This document shows, in pieces, positions 1-7,901 of a stretch of 64,000 nt of DNA. The DNA comes from Deltaproteobacteria bacterium (GTDB lineage Bacteria; Myxococcota_A; UBA9160; JAJDAL01), in NCBI GenBank assembly GCA_029261875.1, contig JAJDAL010000034.1:85066-149065 (forward strand), in the 5' to 3' direction. Both the position numbers and the translations under genes were made by a program. Position 1 is the stretch's first letter. Each line of letters opens with the position of its first letter. The notes beneath the pieces were generated by a model. The model saw nothing but the letters and a program-made list of their open reading frames with translations, had not been told where the DNA came from and did no database searches.

Positions 1-1
1 T

Positions 2-553
2 GGACTAGAAACTGCGGACACCGCTGGCAACGGCCACGACGGTGACCTCATCGGTGGCGACACAGTTGCTTCGTGGGGCACCAATCCGCCTGGTTCGGGC
101 GCAGACTCGGATGGTGACGGCATCCTCGATGGTTTCGATAACTGCGTAGATGACGCCAATCCCGGCCAGGAAGACGCCGACTCCGACCAGGTCGGCGACG
201 CGTGTGACGAGTACCCCGACGACCCCGACAATGAGCAAGCACAGTGCGAAGTAGACCTTGATCAGTGCCTGCTGATCCCGCCGTTCGTGGATTCAGACCA
301 GGACGGTGAAGACGACTCCACGGATTCATGCCTCGACACCCCGGAAGCTGAGACTGTCGATGGCAATGGCTGCTCCATCGATCAGTTTTGTTCAGTCATT
401 AGTGCTGCAGATCGCACCGGTAGCCGGACCTGCAAGAAGGCGGATTGGCATAACGACGAACCACTCATGCGAGGTCGCGAGCGAGACTGCACGATAAACA
501 AGCAGGGTCGTGGAAGGGATGACGACCTCTGCGTTCCCAATCCCGAATCGTAG
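2..553 (+). CDS. Secreted TSP3-repeat protein (A-family copy A1), 5'-truncated by the window edge, ending in the conserved Cys-rich C-terminal module (A-CTD)
   Basis: The frame of listed ORF 287..553 stays open back to nt 2. The translation GHDGDLIGGDTVASWGTNPPGSGADSDGDGILDGFDNCVDDANPGQEDADSDQVGDACD is a close paralog of the middle of 6720..7877. D-x-D-x-DG-x-x-D-x-C TSP3-type repeats are present. The tail GCSIDQFC..CKKADWHNDEPLMRGRERDCT..CVPNPES recurs at 4751..5014 and 17414..17683. Confidence 0.8.
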   Translation, partial: GLETADTAGNGHDGDLIGGDTVASWGTNPPGSGADSDGDGILDGFDNCVDDANPGQEDADSDQVGDACDEYPDDPDNEQAQCEVDLDQCLLIPPFVDSDQDGEDDSTDSCLDTPEAETVDGNGCSIDQFCSVISAADRTGSRTCKKADWHNDEPLMRGRERDCTINKQGRGRDDDLCVPNPES

Positions 554-985
554 TTAGGAGTATCGATGCGTTCCTTTAGCAGAGCTGTTCTAGTGGTCGC
601 GACTGGGATCGTTGCAACGAGTGCCAATGCCATTGACCTACCGGTTGCCTACTTGATCGACTTCAAAGAGTTCAAGAAGAACGTCGTCGCTGGCGCACCA
701 TTGTCGTTTGATCTCCACGCCGAATCGGATTGCAGCGGCAGCGCGGTCTATGGCGAGATGAAGTTCGCCGGGGCCACGGATGTAATTGCCGAGAAGGTGA
801 CCCAACAAAGGGCGAAGGGACAAAAACCGTCCCCGCCCAGGGGTATCCGGCTTTCTACTACGCTGGCTCCTTCCTCGGTCGGTGAGCAGCTGTTTCTCAA
901 GGTGACCGGCGACGGCATCGTTCCGCTGGAGAGTGATTGCCAGCCGCAGGTTTCGGCTATCCCGGGACCGCCCGGTGATCCTTCC
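284..985 (+). repeat. Conserved 'hinge' copy 1: A-CTD, 12-nt spacer and B N-domain
   Basis: Long stretches align by eye at nucleotide level with 17414..18085. One example is gtcgcgagcgagactgcacgat in both copies. The start contexts tcgatgcgttcctttagc also match. Confidence 0.8.
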
Positions 986-1390
986 GAAGTGATGCACCTG
1001 TTCGACGGAGATGGAAACGACCTAGGAGTTTCCATAGGTGGAGGGTCGGCATTCTATGACGAATCCATCGATGCGATCGTCGCACTAACCCCAACGACGG
1101 GCGAGTACGGTGGCGGCGGAGGGGTGTGGTTTGAGTCAAATGACTGTACGGGGCAGGCGTACGTCAAAGCGTTTCTAGTCCAACAATTTATATTCTCTGA
1201 AACCGGCAGCGAATGGGTAGGTGATATTTCAGCCATAACAACCCGCCAATTTCAATCGCAGCTCTCAGGGTCTCCTCATGTTTGCATCCTCACTTCAAAC
1301 ATGGAAACCGTTGTTACCGCCACACCTGTGAGTTCGGGCTTTACGTTCCCTTTCCCCCTGCCGCTCTATCTCGCCCCCGGCACCAACTAA
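566..1390 (+). CDS. Secreted B-family protein P1: conserved N-domain, GPPGDP tract and variable Cys-containing head
   Basis: Leader MRSFSRAVLVVATGIVATSANA. The N-domain IDLPVAYLIDFKEFKKN..KGQKPSPPRGIRL..EQLFLKVTGDGIV..DCQPQ is shared with 1404, 7902, 12432(-) and 17696. The head ends in the Pro-rich TFPFPLPLYLAP. The gene starts 12 nt after the A1 stop. Confidence 0.85.
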   Translation: MRSFSRAVLVVATGIVATSANAIDLPVAYLIDFKEFKKNVVAGAPLSFDLHAESDCSGSAVYGEMKFAGATDVIAEKVTQQRAKGQKPSPPRGIRLSTTLAPSSVGEQLFLKVTGDGIVPLESDCQPQVSAIPGPPGDPSEVMHLFDGDGNDLGVSIGGGSAFYDESIDAIVALTPTTGEYGGGGGVWFESNDCTGQAYVKAFLVQQFIFSETGSEWVGDISAITTRQFQSQLSGSPHVCILTSNMETVVTATPVSSGFTFPFPLPLYLAPGTN

Positions 1391-1403
1391 GGAAGGACCT
1401 ACC

Positions 1404-2213
1404 GTGAGATTCCTAATGCTGATTCTGATCTTCGTTCCAGTAGTGGCCGCAGCCGCCGACATCCCCGTCGAGTACCTCGCCGACTTCAAGGAGTTCAAGC
1501 GCAACGCCATCGTGGGCGACTCGCTCTCCTTCGACCTCTACACCGACGCCACCTGCACCGGAGCTGTGGCTCACGCAGAGCTGAAGTTCGTGGGTGGTGC
1601 CGGGCTCACCGTCGAGAAGACGCTCCCCCAGCGGTCCAAAGGCGAGAAACCCTCGCCGACAAAGGGAGTGCGGCTTCACTCCACGCTGTCGCCGTCGGTG
1701 GTTGCCGAGCAGCTCTACCTCAAAGTGGTGGGCACGGGCGTTGTGGCGCTGGGTGGGGAGTGCCAGCCACAAGCCGCTGCGATCCCCGGCCCTCCGGGGG
1801 AGTCTGCGCAGGTGCTCCACCTCTTCGATGCCAACGATCTCGACCTCGGCATTCTGGTGGATCAGGAGCTGGGGTCTTACACGTTTTTTCGCGAGTCTGA
1901 AGGGGTGTTCCGTGTCAAACTTTCGGGGGCGCTGGACAACAAAACCTTCGTCGAGTACGAAACGCCGGACTGTACCGGGCAGGGTTACGTGAAGGAAAAT
2001 CTCACGGGATCGGTCGTAACCACTGGTGGGGCAGACCTGTTCTTGGTACAGGAAGCGCTTGGCGTTTCGATCGAGCGACAGTCCGAAATCGGCGACGGAG
2101 TCTGCTTTCCCCTCAGCATTGGTACGGCCACCGGAATGGTTCCAGCAGACCCGCTCACGACGGATCTCACATTTCCACTTGTGGTTCCATTCCGAATCGA
2201 ACTGGCGCCGTAG
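1404..2213 (+). CDS. Secreted B-family protein P2
   Basis: GTG start preceded by AAGGAAGG; an alternative ATG lies at 1416. Hydrophobic leader. The N-domain DIPVEYLADFKEFKRNAIVGDSLSFDLY..KGEKPSPTKGVRL..EQLYLKVVGTGVVALGGECQPQ is followed by GPPGES. The head carries the YETPDCTGQGY motif and the tail TFPLVVPFRIELAP. Confidence 0.85.
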   Translation: MRFLMLILIFVPVVAAAADIPVEYLADFKEFKRNAIVGDSLSFDLYTDATCTGAVAHAELKFVGGAGLTVEKTLPQRSKGEKPSPTKGVRLHSTLSPSVVAEQLYLKVVGTGVVALGGECQPQAAAIPGPPGESAQVLHLFDANDLDLGILVDQELGSYTFFRESEGVFRVKLSGALDNKTFVEYETPDCTGQGYVKENLTGSVVTTGGADLFLVQEALGVSIERQSEIGDGVCFPLSIGTATGMVPADPLTTDLTFPLVVPFRIELAP

Positions 2214-2242
2214 AGGCACCGCCCCCGGCACCGACTGATGCC

Positions 2243-2542
2243 ATGACGGAGCCCAAGAGTCTCTTCCTCGTCGCTTTGTCATTGTTGGTAGTTGGCTCTT
2301 CCGCCGCCGACACTTCAACGATTGATACATCCCGCTCCTCACTCGACGAAACTGTGCAACTTGCAAGCGGCTCCCCCTCAGCGTCCGTTGTGGAACAGAC
2401 CGCGCAGAATTGCACCCCCCGCGAACGATGCTGCCGCGTGTGTTCCAAAGGCAAAGCCTGCGGCAACAGTTGCATCCGCAGGAGCTACGATTGCCACAAG
2501 GGACGAGGGTGCGCGTGTAACGCGTACGAGGTCTGCCAATAG
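2243..2542 (+). CDS. Small secreted cysteine-rich protein
   Basis: Leader MTEPKSLFLVALSLLVVGSSA. There are 10 Cys in the last 44 aa (CTPRERCCRVCSKGKACGNSCIRRSYDCHKGRGCACNAYEVC). The stop is 3 nt before the next start. Confidence 0.7.
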   Translation: MTEPKSLFLVALSLLVVGSSAADTSTIDTSRSSLDETVQLASGSPSASVVEQTAQNCTPRERCCRVCSKGKACGNSCIRRSYDCHKGRGCACNAYEVCQ

Positions 2543-2545
2543 ACC

Positions 2546-3130
2546 ATGGAGAAACGTTTCCGACTACCGGTTGCCAGTTGTGACGAATGCCAGGCCGACC
2601 TTGAGCTCCGGGTGGTTCTCTCCGGTGTTCGGCTCTCGGCGTTGACCGTTGACTGCACGGCCTGCGAGTCTCACACGGACCTCCTGGAGGGTTCTCGCCA
2701 TCAGGTCGCCCGATCGAAAGAGAGCCTGAAGCGCGCCTCACGAGAGGCCGCTCGATCGATCAGGGAGGCACGTCGGTTCGTGCCGCGTGACCGAGAAGAC
2801 GTGAAGGAGGCGTTGCGGAACCCCAAGCATCCCTTCACGGCAGCCGTTCTAACGGGTCTTGTCATCGTTGCGATGGAACTGTCCGGCTTCGGAATCTACA
2901 TGGCGGTCACGACGCTTCTGGCGGCTTTGGTGCTGAACCCGGTCGGGTGGGTGGTGGTTCCTCTTGTGGTGGCCATTGCCTTCGCCTACAGGGGGAAGCT
3001 CAAGTCAGACCGGCTCGAAAAGTTGAAGGGCCAGATCGACGATCTTGAAAAGCAGAAGGAGGAAGGGCTGCTGACTCCGGAACAGTTCGAGGCGGCTCGC
3101 GACGAGCTTGTGACGAAGCTTCTATCGTGA
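2546..3130 (+). CDS. Membrane protein with a zinc-ribbon-like N-terminus and a SHOCT-like C-terminus
   Basis: CDEC..CTAC Cys pairs; two long hydrophobic helices (AAVLTGLVIVAMELSGFGIYMAVTTLLAALVL, VGWVVVPLVVAIAFA); a C-terminal GLLTPEQFEAARDELVTKLL that matches the SHOCT pattern. Confidence 0.75.
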   Translation: MEKRFRLPVASCDECQADLELRVVLSGVRLSALTVDCTACESHTDLLEGSRHQVARSKESLKRASREAARSIREARRFVPRDREDVKEALRNPKHPFTAAVLTGLVIVAMELSGFGIYMAVTTLLAALVLNPVGWVVVPLVVAIAFAYRGKLKSDRLEKLKGQIDDLEKQKEEGLLTPEQFEAARDELVTKLLS

Positions 3131-3672
3131 GGTTGATGGAGAGGGGTGTAGGTTCATCATCAACCATACTCCTGGTGGCTTTCCTCGCGACGGGCTGCGC
3201 GACAGCCCCTTCCGGGCCATGCCCGCGAACTGAGTGGGGTGGCGTCTTCAAGGCCGCTACTGGCAACGGCCAACCAATGTTCGGTCCCTGCACAGTCCCC
3301 TACGTCGTGGATGGAGACACCGTGGACGTTCGGTGCGGACGTGTGTGTGACCGCGTCCGGCTCCTCAGGATCAACACGCCGGAAAGAGGTGAGGCTGGGT
3401 ACCAGGAGGCCAAGAGTTCGTTAGAAGCGATGGTTCGCGAAGGAAACGTCTACCTCAGCTTTGAAGTCCCGGGCAAACCGAAACAGGGAGGTTACAAGCG
3501 TCTGTTGGCCTACCTGTACGTCGATGGTCGAAACCTCAACGTTGAGATGATTCGGCAAGGGTGGTCACACTTTTGGACCAAGTACGGGAAGGGAAGGCTC
3601 TTCGAGGCCGATCTCCACGAGGCCGAGCAGGAGGCCAGAAGAACCGGTAGAGGACTGTGGGCCAAACAGTAG
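3127..3672 (+). CDS. nuc: Thermonuclease (staphylococcal nuclease family) lipoprotein
   Basis: Lipobox LATGC. SNase motifs VVDGDTVDV, VRLLRINTPE, RLLAYLYVDGRNLNVEMIRQGW and GRGLWA. The GTG start overlaps the upstream stop as GTGA; an alternative ATG lies at 3136. Confidence 0.9.
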   Translation: MRLMERGVGSSSTILLVAFLATGCATAPSGPCPRTEWGGVFKAATGNGQPMFGPCTVPYVVDGDTVDVRCGRVCDRVRLLRINTPERGEAGYQEAKSSLEAMVREGNVYLSFEVPGKPKQGGYKRLLAYLYVDGRNLNVEMIRQGWSHFWTKYGKGRLFEADLHEAEQEARRTGRGLWAKQ

Positions 3673-3832
3673 GAGGCCTCACGGATAGGGAGTTTTCCCG
3701 ACCCTGCGAGCCTCGCGCGAGACATTTCGCCACCACACGGTGAATCATTGCGACATACGTGAGTGAAATGAGGGATGCTGGCGAAGTAACCGAGGCACAT
3801 TCCTTGTTCACGACAAGCCCAGGAGGAGACTC

Positions 3833-5014
3833 ATGCGTCTCGTTGTCTGTCCGGTGTCTGCCCGCGACATCACCATTGTTGTAGCTGCTCACCTCTGTGC
3901 TCTTCTACTTGGACCAGCGGCTTCGGCGCAAGCTCCGATCAACCTCGAATATCTCTTCAGTCAGTCGGACAACCTGCGGGGTTCTTCAAATAATATTCAG
4001 CTCCGGACGAGAGTGGACGGCGTCACCCAGCCGTTCAACAGCATGTCGATTCAGCACGACGACCTACTGGTAACGATCTCAACCGAGATCTCTGCCAACC
4101 GTAGAACAGCTTCATTCTCCTCGATCGAGTTCTTTGCGTCCTACGCGAGTCCTTCCTTTGACGGAGAGTTCGATCTTGGCTTCGACGGCAAGGTTCCCTT
4201 TCGATTGACGGTCAGGGAGCTGGAATTCCACTGCCTGAACATCAACGCAAATCTAGCCATCAACTTGAACTTTGATGAAACCTTTTCATTCTGCGATGGA
4301 ACACTCACCACAGTATTCGAGGTACTCGGAAACACCGAAACAGTAGTGGAGACTCATCAGTCGGGTATCAACTTGCGGGGCACTTTCATTCCGACGCCCG
4401 ATCTGTCTGAGGTCGCAATAGAGATCTATACAGAGGTCGCCGCTACCTTCGACAACGACGCGTTCAATCTCAATGCGCTCGGACACTCTTTGGAGTTGCA
4501 GCCGAATCTCAGGCTGGTGTTGGATCTTCGGGGCTCTGCTGAATCAGACGCTCCACCACCACCGATTCCGGATGCCGATGGGGACGATGTTCCCGATATT
4601 CGAGACAACTGCCCCGACGAGGCCAACTCAGATCAGTTGGATAGAGATTTCGATTTCGTAGGCGACGCTTGCGACCCCTTCCCCGACGACCGCGACAATG
4701 AACAAGCCGAGTGTGAGGCGGATCTCCTCCTCTGCCAGATCAGCCCCGTATTCGTAGACACCGACGGTGACGGCGAAGATGACTCCACGGATTCATGCCC
4801 GGCCACTCCCGCCGCCCAGGAGGTTGATGGCGACGGCTGCTCTCTGGACCAGTTCTGCGGGCTGGTTGATGCCTCAGACCGAACCGGTAGTCGCGTCTGC
4901 AAAAAGAGCGACTGGAAGAACGACGAGCCGATCATGAAGTCGCGCGATAGGGACTGCACTGTGGATCGGGGTGACAGGGGCAGGGAGGACGATCGATGCG
5001 TTCCGTCCGTCTGA
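3833..5014 (+). CDS. Secreted A-family protein A2: unknown N-domain, TSP3 repeats, short Cys-heptad segment and A-CTD
   Basis: Leader with AASAQA. TSP3 repeats DADGDDVPDIRDNCPDEANSDQLDRDFDFVGDACDPFPDD. Then DNEQAECEADLLLC, followed by the tail GCSLDQFC..CKKSDWKNDEPIMKSRDRDCT..CVPSV. Confidence 0.85.
   Translation: MRLVVCPVSARDITIVVAAHLCALLLGPAASAQAPINLEYLFSQSDNLRGSSNNIQLRTRVDGVTQPFNSMSIQHDDLLVTISTEISANRRTASFSSIEFFASYASPSFDGEFDLGFDGKVPFRLTVRELEFHCLNINANLAINLNFDETFSFCDGTLTTVFEVLGNTETVVETHQSGINLRGTFIPTPDLSEVAIEIYTEVAATFDNDAFNLNALGHSLELQPNLRLVLDLRGSAESDAPPPPIPDADGDDVPDIRDNCPDEANSDQLDRDFDFVGDACDPFPDDRDNEQAECEADLLLCQISPVFVDTDGDGEDDSTDSCPATPAAQEVDGDGCSLDQFCGLVDASDRTGSRVCKKSDWKNDEPIMKSRDRDCTVDRGDRGREDDRCVPSV
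4751..5014 (+). repeat. Partial hinge copy (A-CTD only)
   Basis: FVDTDGDGEDDSTDSC..GCSLDQFC..CVPSV is paralogous to 284..553. The start context gatcgatgcgttcc of the following gene resembles the B-gene start context. Confidence 0.7.
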
Positions 5015-6711
5015 GATGCGAGAGTTTCTGTATCTGCCTGGTTGCGACGGCGCTTATGCCGACAATGGCTGCAGGGTTTCCGTTGGTTCCGGGCGATATC
5101 TTGATTTCGCCGACAATTTACATCTCATGTGCCGCGAGCCGACCGATCCTCGTGAATCCTGTAACGGGCGCGCAGCAGCGCTTGGAGAGCATGCCGCCAC
5201 CTACATCAGTCGCGTTTGCGCCCAATGGCGACCTGTTCCTCACTGATGGAGATGTGCAACGCATCGACCCCGCCACTGGCCTGGTCCTTCAGACCTACCA
5301 AGGTGGCAACCTTCATTCGCCGTATGGAATTTCCGTTAGTCCGAATGGCGAGGTCTATGTGATGGATTCGACGGCCAACATCTGCTTTGACGCTGAAAAT
5401 TTGACCTTAGTGAGGATCGATCCTGTGTCAGGCCAACAGACGTTGGTCACGTCATTTGTCTCGACGCTCGTCGTGGACACTGCGGTCGAACCCACCGGCG
5501 ATATCCTGGTCCTAGACTTGAGTACAGGGGTGATACGAGTCGATGCGACAACAGGTGATCAACAACTGTTGGCCAGCATAACCAGCCCCTTTGGCATTAC
5601 AGTTGAAGATACGGGCCAGGCCCTTGTAGCCGGTGAAGCACTGGTTCGCGTTGATCCAGTTAGTGGAAGCCAAAGCACGGTCTGGTCCGATGAGTTTTCG
5701 CTAGCCGTGGCGGTAGAGCCTTCCGAGAACATCGTCGTTTTTGAAGCCAATGGTGCGCTGATTCGCGTCGCACCGTCAGGTGCGTTTAGTTCAGTGATAT
5801 CGTCCGGCGGATTCTTGCCGGACCTAGTGGGGTTCGTTGATCTTGCGATCATGCCGGGAACGGCTCCGGACGCTGACTCTGACGGAATTCGAGACGATTC
5901 GGACAACTGCCCCAATATTGCGAACTTCGACCAGTCCGACCTCGATGGCGATAGCGTGGGCGATGTCTGCGACAACTGTCCCCAAGTGGCGAATTCTATC
6001 CAGACGGACAACGACGCGGACGGTATCGGAGATTTGTGTGATGCCTGCACCACAACCGCCTGGACCAATCCTCCCACGAACCCGCCCGATCAGAATCCAA
6101 TCAAGTCCCAGGTGAGAGTTACTCATCTCAGCCGTGGACCCGGCGAGCAGCGGATATTGGCGAAGGGCTTCACTAACCCAGCCACGTTTCCATCCAGCGG
6201 TTTGGAAGCTATTGGGTTGCACCTCGCAATCGAGGACTCTGATGGACTGCTCTACGAGGCAAACGTTCCCCCCGGCTTGGTAGGTGCCCTCCAGTGTGGA
6301 TCACGGGATGGATGGCGCGTTTCAACCACCAACAGCGGAAGGACGACATCGCGCTACACCAACCGCACCGGGGCGTTTCCGCCAGGCTGTTTGCCTGGGT
6401 CCGCACAGGGCGTGACATCCATTGTGGTCAAGGACCTGACAACGACCAACAAGCAATCGTTCCAGTACATCGTCAAGACGAAGGACCACAGCCTACTTCG
6501 GGTCCCAACACTGCCGTTGAATCTCGTCCAGTTCGACATTTCCCTTGGAGCGCAGACAACGCCAGGGGAAGCAACTCCCGAAGCCATTGAGGGGCAGTGC
6601 GCGGAATCGAAGTTTGAGGGTGACCCGATTCCTTCCAGCTCCCCGAAACCGTTCTGCAAGGTGCGGACAAGAAGCGGTGAGCTTGATCGCATCGATTGCA
6701 AGGGACAGTGA
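4996..6711 (+). CDS. Secreted protein with beta-propeller-like repeats (NHL/YVTN type by eye), TSP3 repeats and an unknown C-domain
   Basis: Leader MRSVRLRCESFCICLVATALMPTMAAG. Repeated motifs SPYGISVSPNGEVYVMDS, VVDTAVEPTGDILVLD and SPFGITVEDTGQALVAG. TSP3 block DADSDGIRDDSDNCPNIANFDQSDLDGDSVGDVCDNCPQVANSIQTDNDADGIGDLCDAC. The start overlaps the A2 stop by 19 nt. Confidence 0.8.
   Translation: MRSVRLRCESFCICLVATALMPTMAAGFPLVPGDILISPTIYISCAASRPILVNPVTGAQQRLESMPPPTSVAFAPNGDLFLTDGDVQRIDPATGLVLQTYQGGNLHSPYGISVSPNGEVYVMDSTANICFDAENLTLVRIDPVSGQQTLVTSFVSTLVVDTAVEPTGDILVLDLSTGVIRVDATTGDQQLLASITSPFGITVEDTGQALVAGEALVRVDPVSGSQSTVWSDEFSLAVAVEPSENIVVFEANGALIRVAPSGAFSSVISSGGFLPDLVGFVDLAIMPGTAPDADSDGIRDDSDNCPNIANFDQSDLDGDSVGDVCDNCPQVANSIQTDNDADGIGDLCDACTTTAWTNPPTNPPDQNPIKSQVRVTHLSRGPGEQRILAKGFTNPATFPSSGLEAIGLHLAIEDSDGLLYEANVPPGLVGALQCGSRDGWRVSTTNSGRTTSRYTNRTGAFPPGCLPGSAQGVTSIVVKDLTTTNKQSFQYIVKTKDHSLLRVPTLPLNLVQFDISLGAQTTPGEATPEAIEGQCAESKFEGDPIPSSSPKPFCKVRTRSGELDRIDCKGQ
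5869..6048 (+). repeat. Thrombospondin type-3-like Ca-binding repeat block (coding)
   Basis: Four consecutive D-x-D-x-D-G-x-x-D-x-C-D-x-C-P units read directly from the translation. Confidence 0.8.
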
Positions 6712-6719
6712 GGGACAAG

Positions 6720-7877
6720 ATGAGGCACTGGATCATCGCCATGTTACTCGGGCTCTCGACCCTTGCAGGAAAATCCAGCGCATTCGACAACGACTTCCAC
6801 GTGGTGCTCAACGGAATTGGCCGAGAGGTGATCGCCAACGACAGTTACACCGGAATCCTGGACACCGATGCCCGCACGATCAGTTGGTGGTACCGGTCGC
6901 ACATAGGGACGTTTCCATCCGTCTGGGGAATCATCTACTGGGGACAGACATGGTCCATTCAGCTGGAAGGTTTTGATGGCGGAAGTATCAACTGCGAGTG
7001 CGGGGGGAACAAGATCGCATGGACAGCGAACAACAACCCTGCGATGGGCTCTCTCCAGAATTGGCAATGGCATCACATAGTGATGACCGCTCCAGCGGGT
7101 GGAACTTACGGCGACATCAGGCTCTACTTGGATGGTGTTTTGCTCCCGACCCCCTCAGTGGTCGGAGGTAGCTTCGCAAACAGCTACGACACGATTCCGT
7201 TCATTCCCTATCGGGCAGGAGCGCGGAACCTCGGCAACCACGCAGACGCCGACATGGACGAAATCGCGCTGTGGGATGCAGAACTTAACGCGTCGGCAGT
7301 AGCGGAGATTTTCAACGGTGGGATTCCAACCGACCTTGAAGTCAACGGTGCTTCCTACACCAACGCGGGAGACCTTCAGCTCTACTGGAGATTCGAGGAA
7401 GGCAGCGGGCTGGAGACAGCTGACGTAACGGAGAGCGGTCACGACGGTGACCTCATCGGCGGTGACACGGTTTCATCCTGGGGAACCAACCCGCCGGGCT
7501 CAGGCTCCGACTCGGACGGCGATGGAATCCTCGACGGTTTCGACAATTGCGTGGACGACGCCAATCCTGGGCAGGAGGACGCTGATTCAGATCTAGTTGG
7601 AGACATCTGCGATCCCTTCCCCAGTGACCCAGACAACGAGCAGGCGCAATGCGAAGTGGACCTGGCTGATGCCGAAGCCGCTGCGAATGCTTGTTTCGGT
7701 GCAGCCCCAGCGTGCAGCGACGGGGTTGACAACGACAACGATGGATTTATCGACTTCTCGGGAAACGACCCCGAGTGTGTCACGGCGTTAGACAACGCCG
7801 AGGGATGCGGACTTGGCGCTGAACTGGTTCTACTAATCCCGCTGTTGCAACGGATACGCCGCAAGCGATCTTTTTAG
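6720..7877 (+). CDS. Secreted LamG (concanavalin-A-like) - TSP3 protein with a GC-TM-RRR (MYXO-CTERM-like) tail
   Basis: Leader MRHWIIAMLLGLSTLAGKSSA. LamG_3-type motifs DARTISWWYRS, WHHIVMTA, GDIRLYLDGVL and DMDEIALWDAELNASAVAEIFNGG. TSP3 repeats. Tail EGCGLGAELVLLIPLLQRIRRKRSF. Confidence 0.85.
   Translation: MRHWIIAMLLGLSTLAGKSSAFDNDFHVVLNGIGREVIANDSYTGILDTDARTISWWYRSHIGTFPSVWGIIYWGQTWSIQLEGFDGGSINCECGGNKIAWTANNNPAMGSLQNWQWHHIVMTAPAGGTYGDIRLYLDGVLLPTPSVVGGSFANSYDTIPFIPYRAGARNLGNHADADMDEIALWDAELNASAVAEIFNGGIPTDLEVNGASYTNAGDLQLYWRFEEGSGLETADVTESGHDGDLIGGDTVSSWGTNPPGSGSDSDGDGILDGFDNCVDDANPGQEDADSDLVGDICDPFPSDPDNEQAQCEVDLADAEAAANACFGAAPACSDGVDNDNDGFIDFSGNDPECVTALDNAEGCGLGAELVLLIPLLQRIRRKRSF
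7797..7874 (+). other. Putative C-terminal sorting signal (Gly-Cys, hydrophobic helix, Arg/Lys cluster)
   Basis: AEGCGLGAELVLLIPLLQRIRRKRSF has the architecture of the MYXO-CTERM / GC_trans_RRR class of exosortase-type tails. This is pattern recognition only. Confidence 0.55.
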
Positions 7878-7901
7878 AAAAGAACGAAGCTGGAGGATCT
7901 G

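Noticed and set aside
1413-2741. 442-aa minus-strand ORF antisense to P2 and the small Cys-rich gene. The same applies to similar very long ORFs: 38417..39580(-), 39614..41407(-), 45208..46533(-), 46546..47619(-), 47637..49235(+), 47797..48834(-), 48982..50190(-), 51001..52632(-), 52544..54070(+), 56224..57888(+), 58299..59951(+), 59092..60681(-), 61825..63459(-) and 62436..63788(+).
   Set aside because: They are Arg/Gly/Pro/Ala-rich and low-complexity, with no recognisable motifs. Each shadows a gene with clear family signatures in another frame, which is typical of spurious open frames in high-GC DNA.
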